Notes under the pieces: model-generated
The model's database searches: none
What the model was told of the DNA's origin: nothing
The model's input: only the letters and a program-made list of their open reading frames with translations
Position numbers and translations under genes: made by a program
In this document: positions 1 through 7,956 of the stretch, one piece after another
Layout of the letters: each line of letters begins with the position of its first letter
Position numbering within the stretch: the stretch's first letter is position 1
Assembly (NCBI GenBank): GCA_965222605.1
Contig: OZ244960.1
Span: forward strand, 3,072,001 to 3,136,000
Origin: Candidatus Latescibacterota bacterium
Lineage (GTDB): Bacteria > Latescibacterota > UBA2968
Direction of reading: 5' to 3'
DNA length: 64,000 bases

Positions 1-786
1 CGTAGAGTTGGCCGGGGGCATCATCCGGAGGGTCATCGGGATAATCATTGCCGCCGGAGCTTTGATGGAGGAGCAATTTCCATTTGCTCTGGCGGATGGC
101 AAATTCGCCTTTGGAAGAGTGATGCACGTGGCTTCGCGAATGGATGTCGTGTTTTGGTCCGTAAGGGCGGGTAAGATGCTGCAACTGTCTTCGCCAGCAT
201 TTTCGGGAAGCGAACGGCCAGTAATGTCAGCGGCTGTCGCGATGAGGTCTGTAAGACATACGATTTCATCGCTGAAGGATCCCGCCGCGACTTTTTCGGG
301 CCAGCGGGCGATAAAGGGGATGCGATGCCCGCCTTCCCAGTTGTCGCGTTTGCAGCCGCGGAAGTGATAGGTGCTGTAGTGATTGTATTCATCTTTTCGC
401 GTGTGCATAAAGCGTTCGGGACCGTTGTCGCTGGTGACGATAAAGAGGGTGTTGTCGGTGGCGCCGGCTTTTTCAACAGCGGCCATGATCTGCCCCACTG
501 CCCAGTCGCATTCGACGACGAAGTCGCCGTATTTGCCCGCCTGGCTTTTGCCTATAAATGCTTTGTTTGGCGCGATGGGTGTGTGCGGGCCGGTTACGGG
601 ATAGTAGAGAAAAAAGGGCTGTTTGTCTGCTGCGGTCTCTTCGATAAAGGAGACCGCTTTTTTGGTGAGGTCTGGAATGACGTGTTCTGGCTTAAGGCCC
701 GGGGCAGCGTGTCCCTCGCGGCCAAAGAGGCCCCTGGGGGCGCGGGCTGTTGGCTCACAGATTGTGCGATTGTTTTCGAGATAGAC
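1..786 (-). pseudogene. Arylsulfatase-family pseudogene: C-terminal half only, 5'-truncated at the TnpB element, with a frameshift near 128; runs off the window
   Basis: Manual translation from 786 gives VYLENNRTICEP...QPFFLYYPVTGPHTPIAP...YGDFVVECDWAVGQI...NTLFIVTSDNGP...SILPAL..IREAT. The motif VHHSSKGEFAIRQSKWKL...PGQLY continues in a shifted frame. Confidence 0.8.
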
Positions 787-900
787 GTGATTACTCCCAA
801 CGATAGAGCAGTTGGGCTTCTTGGCGGTCAAACCGCCTGACTTTGTAATCCCAAAGTCAATATGTTTATGGCAGCATTGAGGTCTCTGTCCGTCATATAG
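767..900 (-). ncRNA. Putative omegaRNA/reRNA 3' part: scaffold ending at TCAC (787) plus guide GTCTATCTCGAAAACAATCG; 5' boundary unknown
   Basis: Established TnpB architecture places the reRNA over the tnpB 3' end and right end. A hairpin CCCAAC..GTTGGG lies just before TCAC. Confidence 0.55.
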
Positions 901-1952
901 CCACACGCCTTGCAATGATGCACACGCTGAGAAAGTGCTTTCTTCTCTCTATGTCCGCATGCCGAGCAATCTTGTGACGTATATTTAGGATTGACGGCCT
1001 TGAATCCAATACCAGCTTCTTCCGCTTTGTATTCGAGACAATGCCGAAACAGTGACCATGCTACGTCTGCTATTGATTTAGACAATCGCCTGTTCTTTTG
1101 CATCGTTTTAACTTTCAACTTCTCGACAGCTATGAAGCCGTGACGATTGACAATTTTTCTTGATTCTTGATGGGCAAAGTTATGTCGCTTATTACGGATA
1201 CGCTCATGCACTCTGGCAATTACTTTACGACGCTTTTCTCTTACGGCGTCGGTCTCAGGTCTTTTTTTCACCGCGTCCCATTTGCGCTGTGCTTTTGCAA
1301 GTGATTTTTGCTCTTTTCTAAAGAATCGCTGGTTGGCTATCGTCTCGCCGTCACTGGTTACAGCAAAGGAATTGAGACCCACGTCAATGCCTGTTGGCGG
1401 GCGTTGCTCGTCGCAAGATTTTGGCTCGCCCATATCACAAGAAATAGTAGCGAACCACTTGCCCGTTGCCGTACGCGTGACTGTGCAAGATTTAGGAACG
1501 CCGTCAAGTGGCCTGTGCTGGACAATCCGAATACAGCCTATTTTGCCCAATCGCAAGCCCTTATCGTCCAATCGGCATCCATTGGAAAACTGAGGATAGG
1601 TGATAGAATCATAGCGATTTTGACCCTTGTATCTGGGAAAGCCAGCTTTCTCGCCCGTCTTTGCCCTCTCTTTGAGACGACGAAAGAATGCTTTGAATGC
1701 CAGATCAACTCTTGTTGATACTTGTTGCAATACCTGACTATATACTTGCTTGAATGCAAGACGCTGTTGCTTCATCAATGGTATTGTTTTTGTCTGGTCG
1801 TGACGAGACAGAGACTTATTTTTACTTTCCCATGCTTGGACTCTCGCACAGACAAGTTGGTTATACAGCAAGCGACATTCTTCAATGTGCGCCAACAAGA
1901 CTTTCTCTTGCTTTTTCGTTGGGCGCAGTCTGTATTTAAAGGACTTAAGCAT
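828..1952 (-). CDS. tnpB: RNA-guided endonuclease TnpB
   Basis: N-terminal MLKSFKYRLRPT HTH; RuvC-I GIDVG, RuvC-II IAVEKL, Zn finger CSACG..CKACG and RuvC-III DRDLNAAINI. All catalytic residues are present. Confidence 0.95.
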   Translation of the reverse strand: MLKSFKYRLRPTKKQEKVLLAHIEECRLLYNQLVCARVQAWESKNKSLSRHDQTKTIPLMKQQRLAFKQVYSQVLQQVSTRVDLAFKAFFRRLKERAKTGEKAGFPRYKGQNRYDSITYPQFSNGCRLDDKGLRLGKIGCIRIVQHRPLDGVPKSCTVTRTATGKWFATISCDMGEPKSCDEQRPPTGIDVGLNSFAVTSDGETIANQRFFRKEQKSLAKAQRKWDAVKKRPETDAVREKRRKVIARVHERIRNKRHNFAHQESRKIVNRHGFIAVEKLKVKTMQKNRRLSKSIADVAWSLFRHCLEYKAEEAGIGFKAVNPKYTSQDCSACGHREKKALSQRVHHCKACGYMTDRDLNAAINILTLGLQSQAV

Positions 1953-1958
1953 AATAAA

Positions 1959-1987
1959 AATATATACTTATGTGCCCTTTTTGTCAA
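1959..1987 (-). promoter_or_regulatory. sigma70-type promoter of tnpB, probably giving a leaderless transcript
   Basis: TTGACA (1987-1982), 17 nt, TATATT (1964-1959), about 7 nt upstream of the ATG at 1952. Confidence 0.65.
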
Positions 1988-2143
1988 GCGAAATAGAATA
2001 AAAATATGATCAGCATACCAAAAACGCATAGTCCGTCTTTAGCGATATGGCAATGTTCATATACGCTAAAGCTAAAAAAGGAAGCCCTCCGTCATGCGAC
2101 CCACGCCTAAAGGACGTGGGTTTTACGGGCTATTTGATAAGGT

Positions 2144-3238
2144 TTATTTGGCGGGCGCGATGAAGATTTTGTCGCCCTCCTTACACCCAAGTGTCTTTGC
2201 GGCGTTCTCGTAGTTGCGAGCAATCCTCAAGCGACCTTCCGCTGTCAGGAATGCAACCCACTCTCCCCGTGGTACGTCTCCATAGGTGGTGGCAAGCAAC
2301 ACTGTGAACGTCTGCTCCCCATAGCTGACCTGAAAACGGGTTTTGGAGGAGATGCCAAGTTGCTGCAGGTCGCCCTCGATAAATTCGGTATTGATGTTGC
2401 CGTAGGTCGAGGAGATACTCTCTATCTTTGTGTAAGCCCCACCTTCCTTAAATTCCGCAGACGACACATGATCCGGAGCGATGGTCGCATCTTTGTCTCG
2501 TTCAATCGTACCGGTCTCCAGATAGGCGTCGAGCGCACGCAACGCGGTTTCCCGTTCGATCTCTCTGAGGTTAACGTGTCCGTCGCGTGCCACAGACCAG
2601 AACACTGGCACAATCGGTGCCTTTACCGCTTTCTGGATATACGCCTGGGGTCCCTCCACTTCACTCTGGTTACTGACGAAGAGCAACGGGAGACGTGGGG
2701 TATAACTCCATTCGTGGGGTTGCTCTGCATCTCGCACTTGTAGTGCCGCCCCCAACGCAAGCAAGCCGTCATAACCTTCGGGAGCGGTCTCGGCGATCCG
2801 TGTCACGATCGCACCGCCCATTGAGCTACCCTGCACAAGCACACGTTTAGGCGCGCCATAGGTTTGGACAATGTGCTGGCGTAGCAGTTCGATGTCCGCT
2901 ACCGCACCGACGATGATCGCTCCGTTGCGGCGGTAGCTGGTAGATGCGATCATCCAGCCATCGGCAAGCAAATGCTGGTACATGGGTGACTCTGTGCGAA
3001 AATCGGCGCTCAGAGGCGCATTTTCGGGGCGATAGCCGTGAGCCAGCAGCAGGAGTTTCCCGTTCCAAGACTCCGGCACGGCGATGACGAATTTTGATTG
3101 CTGGAGTTGACCTGCTTCGGTGCGAAATTTAACTGCCTTTGCGGCTGGGGCGAGCAGTCCGCCGATGAGCAGGAAACAGCACACCCCTTGCACGAGTGTT
3201 GAACGGATGAACTGTCGAGAGGTGCAGATCGTTTTCAT
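2144..3238 (-). CDS. Exported alpha/beta hydrolase fused to a C-terminal SAM hydroxide adenosyltransferase/halogenase-like beta-barrel domain
   Basis: Signal peptide (..LLAPAAKA), LAHGY and nucleophile elbow QGSSMGG. C-terminal YGNINT...TYGDVPRGEWVAFLTAEGRLRIARNYENAAKTLG is typical of SAM_HAT_C. Confidence 0.7.
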   Translation of the reverse strand: MKTICTSRQFIRSTLVQGVCCFLLIGGLLAPAAKAVKFRTEAGQLQQSKFVIAVPESWNGKLLLLAHGYRPENAPLSADFRTESPMYQHLLADGWMIASTSYRRNGAIIVGAVADIELLRQHIVQTYGAPKRVLVQGSSMGGAIVTRIAETAPEGYDGLLALGAALQVRDAEQPHEWSYTPRLPLLFVSNQSEVEGPQAYIQKAVKAPIVPVFWSVARDGHVNLREIERETALRALDAYLETGTIERDKDATIAPDHVSSAEFKEGGAYTKIESISSTYGNINTEFIEGDLQQLGISSKTRFQVSYGEQTFTVLLATTYGDVPRGEWVAFLTAEGRLRIARNYENAAKTLGCKEGDKIFIAPAK

Positions 3239-4452
3239 GATGGCTCCTTGAAGGTTCCGATGGTGTTTTGATCAGTATCATCCTGTTCTTTGAGGATTTG
3301 CTTTTGGAGGTATTCGGGCAGTTTGAGGACGCGCTGGAAGTAGGTAGGTTCGTCAAATCGCAGGTTGTTATTTTTGAAGAGGGGACGGTCAATGTCGCGG
3401 CTGAGGTCGCAGTCGAATCGGGCGAGGACGGATTCGCTCATGCTGCCCCCGCCGTCCGGGTTGATGTGGCAGAGTCCCCAGGTGATACCGCGTCCGTCGC
3501 CGTTGTCGGCAAAAGCGTCGGGCACAAAGGGTCCGGGTGCGACAGGGGGTACCTGGAGCAGGGATTTTATTTCGAAATGGATGCCATCTGGGGCGTATTG
3601 CACGGTGTTTTTTTCGGGACCATCCAGGCTGACGAGTGCGGCGATGCCTTCTTTGTAGGGCCAGAGGCAGGTTTCGTGGCCGGAGTTGAGGACGGGGTTT
3701 AGCGGTGATTTTTTGTATGGACCCTCTGGATGGTCGGCAATGGCAACGCCTTGAGCGCGGATGATGTTCGCGCCGCCGCGTTTTTGACCGGGCGAGCCTT
3801 TGTAGTACATGTAGATTTTGCCTTTGTAGATGAGGGGAAAGGGGTCGTGGATGCAGTTGCAATCCCAGTCGTCGGGGCCGCCGGGTTCTACGATGGGTCT
3901 GCCCAGTCGCGTCCAGGGTCCATGGGGGGAATCGGCGTGGGCGATTGTGACGGGGCACGAGTCGCCGCCCTGAATGACTGCGCTGTAGGCCTGGTGATAG
4001 AGATAGTATTTGCCTTTCCAGACGAGGATGTCGGGGGTGCAGTTTGAGCGCCAGCCAAATTCGCCTTTTGGTGGGCGCGTGGCGGCTGGTCCCTGTTCTT
4101 CCCAGTGAAAGCCGTCTTCGCTCGTGGCATACCAGATGTCTGCGAGGTCCCAATCGACAGAGGGGATTTCGTCGGTGGCGTTTTCGTGACCGACGGGCGC
4201 GCCTTTTGTGCGCCGGCATGTGTACCAGACGTAATAGGTGCCGTCGATGCGGAGTATTTTGGATGGGTCACGGCGGGAGACGTTGGGTTCTCGTGAGAAT
4301 CCTGCAAGGGGTGAGTATTTGAAGTTGCTGAAAAATTCATTGCCGCGATCTTCATGGGGGTTCCATATATCGTACACACGTTCCATCGCCGCACTGAGTT
4401 CTCGGTCGTCTGGTTTTTCAAGTGGCATTTTAGCGGGGAAAGGTGTTTGCAT
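3235..4452 (-). CDS. Glycoside hydrolase family 117-like protein (five-bladed beta-propeller)
   Basis: SRRDPS...YYVWYT, WDLADIWYATSEDG, HDP..YKGKIYMYYKG, SGHET and DGPEKNTVQYAPDG are GH117 motifs. Confidence 0.85.
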   Translation of the reverse strand: MQTPFPAKMPLEKPDDRELSAAMERVYDIWNPHEDRGNEFFSNFKYSPLAGFSREPNVSRRDPSKILRIDGTYYVWYTCRRTKGAPVGHENATDEIPSVDWDLADIWYATSEDGFHWEEQGPAATRPPKGEFGWRSNCTPDILVWKGKYYLYHQAYSAVIQGGDSCPVTIAHADSPHGPWTRLGRPIVEPGGPDDWDCNCIHDPFPLIYKGKIYMYYKGSPGQKRGGANIIRAQGVAIADHPEGPYKKSPLNPVLNSGHETCLWPYKEGIAALVSLDGPEKNTVQYAPDGIHFEIKSLLQVPPVAPGPFVPDAFADNGDGRGITWGLCHINPDGGGSMSESVLARFDCDLSRDIDRPLFKNNNLRFDEPTYFQRVLKLPEYLQKQILKEQDDTDQNTIGTFKEPS

Positions 4453-4514
4453 GGGGGTTCCTCTGATGAAGAGGTGTTCGGTAGGCTGACGCAGGCATTA
4501 GTATAGATGTCCGG

Positions 4515-5126
4515 TTAACTGACTTTTGCCTTCAAAGTATCGACGAGTCGTTTTGCATAGGGCGATGCCGCAATCACTTTGTCGGGGTCAATCCGCGCGA
4601 GGATATCGAACGAATGCTGTCCCTTTCCATATTCTCCTTTTGGGACACGCGAACGCGTCGCATTTTTTAGGCCGTTCAATATATCGTTTTTTGCAATGTT
4701 CTCAATATCCTCACGGGCGGGAAGCGCGTTTTGGTTAAAGTCGTTTCCGTAGTACGCAGCGAGACAGTCTTTGTCGGCAAGGAACCACGCCTCCATGCAC
4801 TGCACCATCAGATGTACCTGGTCGTCTGTAGCCCCCGAGGGTTGGTCCCACTTATCGCGCGTCTTCTTCAGGTGTTGCCAGGGGCCAGATCCCGCTACCA
4901 CGGGTTCTTCACTGTCAACCAATAGCACGATGAAGTCATATTTTCCGGGACTACGGAGTGCCGCACAAAAATCATCGAAGGCATCTCGCCGCCTGCCACT
5001 TGCGACTACGCTCGGCATTCGGCCTTCCAGGCCAGCCCTGCGAAAAAAATTGCTGAAACCTCGGCGGCACTTGCTCCTCAGCGAATGCGTGTTCCCACCA
5101 CCTTCGACAAAGACCTTGATTCTCAC
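4515..5126 (-). CDS. DUF4276 family protein (TOPRIM-like); probable GTG start overlapping the ATPase stop
   Basis: KVFVEGGG, LLVDSE, MVQCMEAWFLAD and YGKGQHS motifs; translationally coupled to the upstream AAA ATPase. Confidence 0.8.
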   Translation of the reverse strand: MRIKVFVEGGGNTHSLRSKCRRGFSNFFRRAGLEGRMPSVVASGRRRDAFDDFCAALRSPGKYDFIVLLVDSEEPVVAGSGPWQHLKKTRDKWDQPSGATDDQVHLMVQCMEAWFLADKDCLAAYYGNDFNQNALPAREDIENIAKNDILNGLKNATRSRVPKGEYGKGQHSFDILARIDPDKVIAASPYAKRLVDTLKAKVS

Positions 5127-6295
5127 CAGCGATTCCCTCCCAGGTCGCCTCTGGTCCACAGGTCCCCAAGGCTATAGCGCTTCAACCACTCGGTAAGGTC
5201 GGCTTTGTCAAGCCGGTGCATTTCCGTCTTGCCGTCGTGCTTCTCGCAGACCACGACGCTCTCCGGTGTATCGGTTAGAGTGTCCACAAGCCTATCAGAG
5301 TGCGTTGTGACGATAAGCTGGCACCTTTGGGATGCCTCGCGCAACAGATCGCCGAGGGCTGGCAGAACGTCGGGATGCAGGCCCAGTTCCGGCTCTTCAA
5401 TACACACCAGTGGTGGGGGATTCGGGTGACAAAGGATAGCCAACAGGCACAGAAAGCGCAGCGTCCCATCGGATAATCGCGTTGCCGGTACCATGATATT
5501 TTTTTCCTGGGCGAAGACCTGAACGGTTCCACCTTCAATGCTGATGTCCAGGTCAATCACGCCTTCGTAGAGTTGGCGCATGGTTTCCAGAATCTGAACC
5601 TTGATTTTTGGCTCCCGCTTCAACCGGTTCAGCACCAGTCCCAGATTTCTTCCATCTTCGAGCAAAAAGTCGTTGGGCAGATCCGCTGGTTGTGGCTGAC
5701 GCGGCGGTGTACGGCGGCCAAAGGAACTCTCGCGGTAGAGTTGCATGCGGTCAAACGTCTCGCCAAGCCATGTCAACTCCGGGTATTGGTCCGGGTCCTT
5801 CCGCTGGGCAAGAATGGATTGCTGTAGATTGATCTGTTGCAGGATTAACGGAGGGCGTGGTTCAACATTGCTGTACGACTTACCACTGTAGTTCAGAAGG
5901 GCGTTACTGCCCGACAACTCGTAATAGATATAGGGCATTTCTTCAGAGCTGTATGCCTCTTCTATACACTCTTCTATCAACTCGAATTGCTGGCCCCTCT
6001 CTGCGATCCCGAGGGAATATCGCAGTGCTGACCCTTTTGGGTTATCCAGAATCACTTCGATATGGGCCGACGGTGCCCTGGGATCACCTCGCCAAATCCA
6101 GTCGCGGATGCCTCCACCTTCCCGAATTGGGGCCGTGAGGTCCCTGGGCGTGGCTTTCAGCAGGCCAATCGCCTCGATAAGATTGGACTTTCCGGAGCCG
6201 TTGGGACCGATAAGAACATTCAGGGGACGAAGTTCCAGTGCTTCGGCAGGCCCGAAGGAGAGCAGATTTTTCAGTTGGATGCGCTCTATAAACAT
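5123..6295 (-). CDS. AAA family ATPase (AAA_21/AAA_15 ABC-type)
   Basis: Walker A GPNGSGKS, signature LSDGT, Walker B IEEPELGLHP and TTHS. Confidence 0.9.
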   Translation of the reverse strand: MFIERIQLKNLLSFGPAEALELRPLNVLIGPNGSGKSNLIEAIGLLKATPRDLTAPIREGGGIRDWIWRGDPRAPSAHIEVILDNPKGSALRYSLGIAERGQQFELIEECIEEAYSSEEMPYIYYELSGSNALLNYSGKSYSNVEPRPPLILQQINLQQSILAQRKDPDQYPELTWLGETFDRMQLYRESSFGRRTPPRQPQPADLPNDFLLEDGRNLGLVLNRLKREPKIKVQILETMRQLYEGVIDLDISIEGGTVQVFAQEKNIMVPATRLSDGTLRFLCLLAILCHPNPPPLVCIEEPELGLHPDVLPALGDLLREASQRCQLIVTTHSDRLVDTLTDTPESVVVCEKHDGKTEMHRLDKADLTEWLKRYSLGDLWTRGDLGGNRW

Positions 6296-6409
6296 GTTTC
6301 GTCCTTGTTCATCAGCTTGCTTTCGGGTTCTTGCATGCGAATTAATAACACGCGATGTTCGGGTGTCAAGAGAATGCCGCGAACGGCTGATCGCTTTTTA
6401 ATGGTCATC

Positions 6410-7948
6410 TTATGATCTTTGATGATAAATGTCCAGCAGTTTTGCGGATAGGGATTCGACGAGGTGGCTGTGTTGTTCTGATGCGATGAGGTTCTGGCGT
6501 TCGTCTTCTGTGGGGTTGTCTTTCAGGTTGAAGAGGGCGTGGTGTTTTAATGTGCCTTCTACGATGAGTTCTTGCCCGACAATCAATTTCCAATCGCCAT
6601 CTCGCAGCGAGAGCATAGGTCCCATGATGTAGTCGTCGTGGAAGACGAGGGGATGGGGGTCGTATTCGGCGTCTTTCAGGCCGGTGAGAAAGGGCGCAAT
6701 GCTGGTGCTGTCTTCGGCAAAGCCTTCGCGTGGGGCTACTTCGATGCCGGCGAGGTGGGCGATGGATAAGATGAGGTCGTTGAGTCCATAAGTGATGTGG
6801 CTGGTGCGACCGGGTGTTGCGTCGTTGCCATCGCCGATGTTGCCCTGTTTCCAGAAGGCGATTGTGGGCACGCGATGGCCGCCTTCGTGGATGTGGGCTT
6901 TGCGACCGCGGTAGTATCCACTGGATTCTTTGCCCGCGTTTTCCGCGCCATTGTCGCTGGAGAAGATGAAGAGGGTGTTGTCGATGAGTTTGTGGCCGGG
7001 GTTGCGCGGGTCGTCGTGGGTTTCGAGATAGTTGAGCAATTGGTCGACTGCGACGTCGTTTTCGTATATGAAGTCGAGGCGTTCGGGCGTGTTGTGCTCG
7101 CAGCCGCCGACCTGGTCGCGCTGTTTGCCCCAGTCAGTGCTTTCCCATCCATTGGGATCGTTGGTGGTTGCGTGTGGGCGAGACAGCTCGCGCTTGCCGT
7201 TTTTGAAGTGCGCCTGTCCTGTGATGGGTACGCCATTGAGTGCGTCGCACGGCGTATGGGGTGTGTGATTGGCGTTGGCGGCGTAGTAGAGGAAGAAGGA
7301 TTGTTGTTTTGTATCGTCTGTGTCCAGATGAGTATCGAGAAAGCCAACGGCGTGCTGGAAGTTCATTGGTCCGGTTTTGGACAGGTCGTAACCCGCGATG
7401 TCGTGAGGACTTTTGCCGGTTGCGCCAATGCAGCGGCGGTTTTCGATCCAGCCCGCATTTTTAGAGGTTCCATGGCTTCGGTTGGTGATGAAGTGGTAAT
7501 CAAAGCCGTGTTCTTCGGGGCAATCGGTCAGGGGTTGGCGCACGTCTGCGTCGTCCCATCCCTCGGCGGGTGAGCCATCGGATTTTGTGTAGGTCAGGCC
7601 CACGTGCCATTTTCCCGAGATGCCCGTGCGATATCCGGCGTCTTTGAGGATGGTGGCGAGTGTGGGCCGTTCTTTTTCTATGAGTGGCGGATAGTGGGGA
7701 CCAAAGGCGACTTTGTGTTTGAGTTGTGTGCGCCAGCAATAGCGTCCGGTGAGGAGGGCGTAGCGCGTGGGGGTGCATACGGTTGATGGGGTGTGCGCAT
7801 CGGTAAAGCGCACGCCCAGGCGCGCAAGACGTTTTAGGCTGGGGGTGTGGAGTTGCTCGTCGTCCTGGTTGCCGGTCCAGTCCTGATACGCGCTCGTATC
7901 ACCCGTGCCCATGTCATCGACGAGGAATATGATGATGTTGGGTTGCAT
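6410..7948 (-). CDS. Sulfatase (formylglycine-dependent)
   Basis: PNIIIFLVDDMG, CTPTRYALLTGRY, GKWH and SSDNG. Confidence 0.92.
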   Translation of the reverse strand: MQPNIIIFLVDDMGTGDTSAYQDWTGNQDDEQLHTPSLKRLARLGVRFTDAHTPSTVCTPTRYALLTGRYCWRTQLKHKVAFGPHYPPLIEKERPTLATILKDAGYRTGISGKWHVGLTYTKSDGSPAEGWDDADVRQPLTDCPEEHGFDYHFITNRSHGTSKNAGWIENRRCIGATGKSPHDIAGYDLSKTGPMNFQHAVGFLDTHLDTDDTKQQSFFLYYAANANHTPHTPCDALNGVPITGQAHFKNGKRELSRPHATTNDPNGWESTDWGKQRDQVGGCEHNTPERLDFIYENDVAVDQLLNYLETHDDPRNPGHKLIDNTLFIFSSDNGAENAGKESSGYYRGRKAHIHEGGHRVPTIAFWKQGNIGDGNDATPGRTSHITYGLNDLILSIAHLAGIEVAPREGFAEDSTSIAPFLTGLKDAEYDPHPLVFHDDYIMGPMLSLRDGDWKLIVGQELIVEGTLKHHALFNLKDNPTEDERQNLIASEQHSHLVESLSAKLLDIYHQRS

Positions 7949-7956
7949 GAGTCTCC

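Larger units (their letters stand above)
787..2136 (-). mobile_element. IS200/IS605-superfamily (IS1341-type, tnpB-only) insertion sequence
   Basis: On the minus strand TTAT (2140-2137) precedes the left end, which has the hairpin CCCACG-CCT-AA-AGG-A-CGTGGG (~2100-2120). The right end reads GAAGCCCAAC..GTTGGGAGTAATCAC and ends in TCAC (790-787). Removing the element restores CCT TAT|GTC TAT CTC (PYVYL) of the sulfatase. Confidence 0.85.

Noticed and set aside
2006-2110. Short plus-strand ORF in the IS left end as tnpA
   Set aside because: About 34 codons with no HUH or catalytic Tyr motif; the element is non-autonomous.
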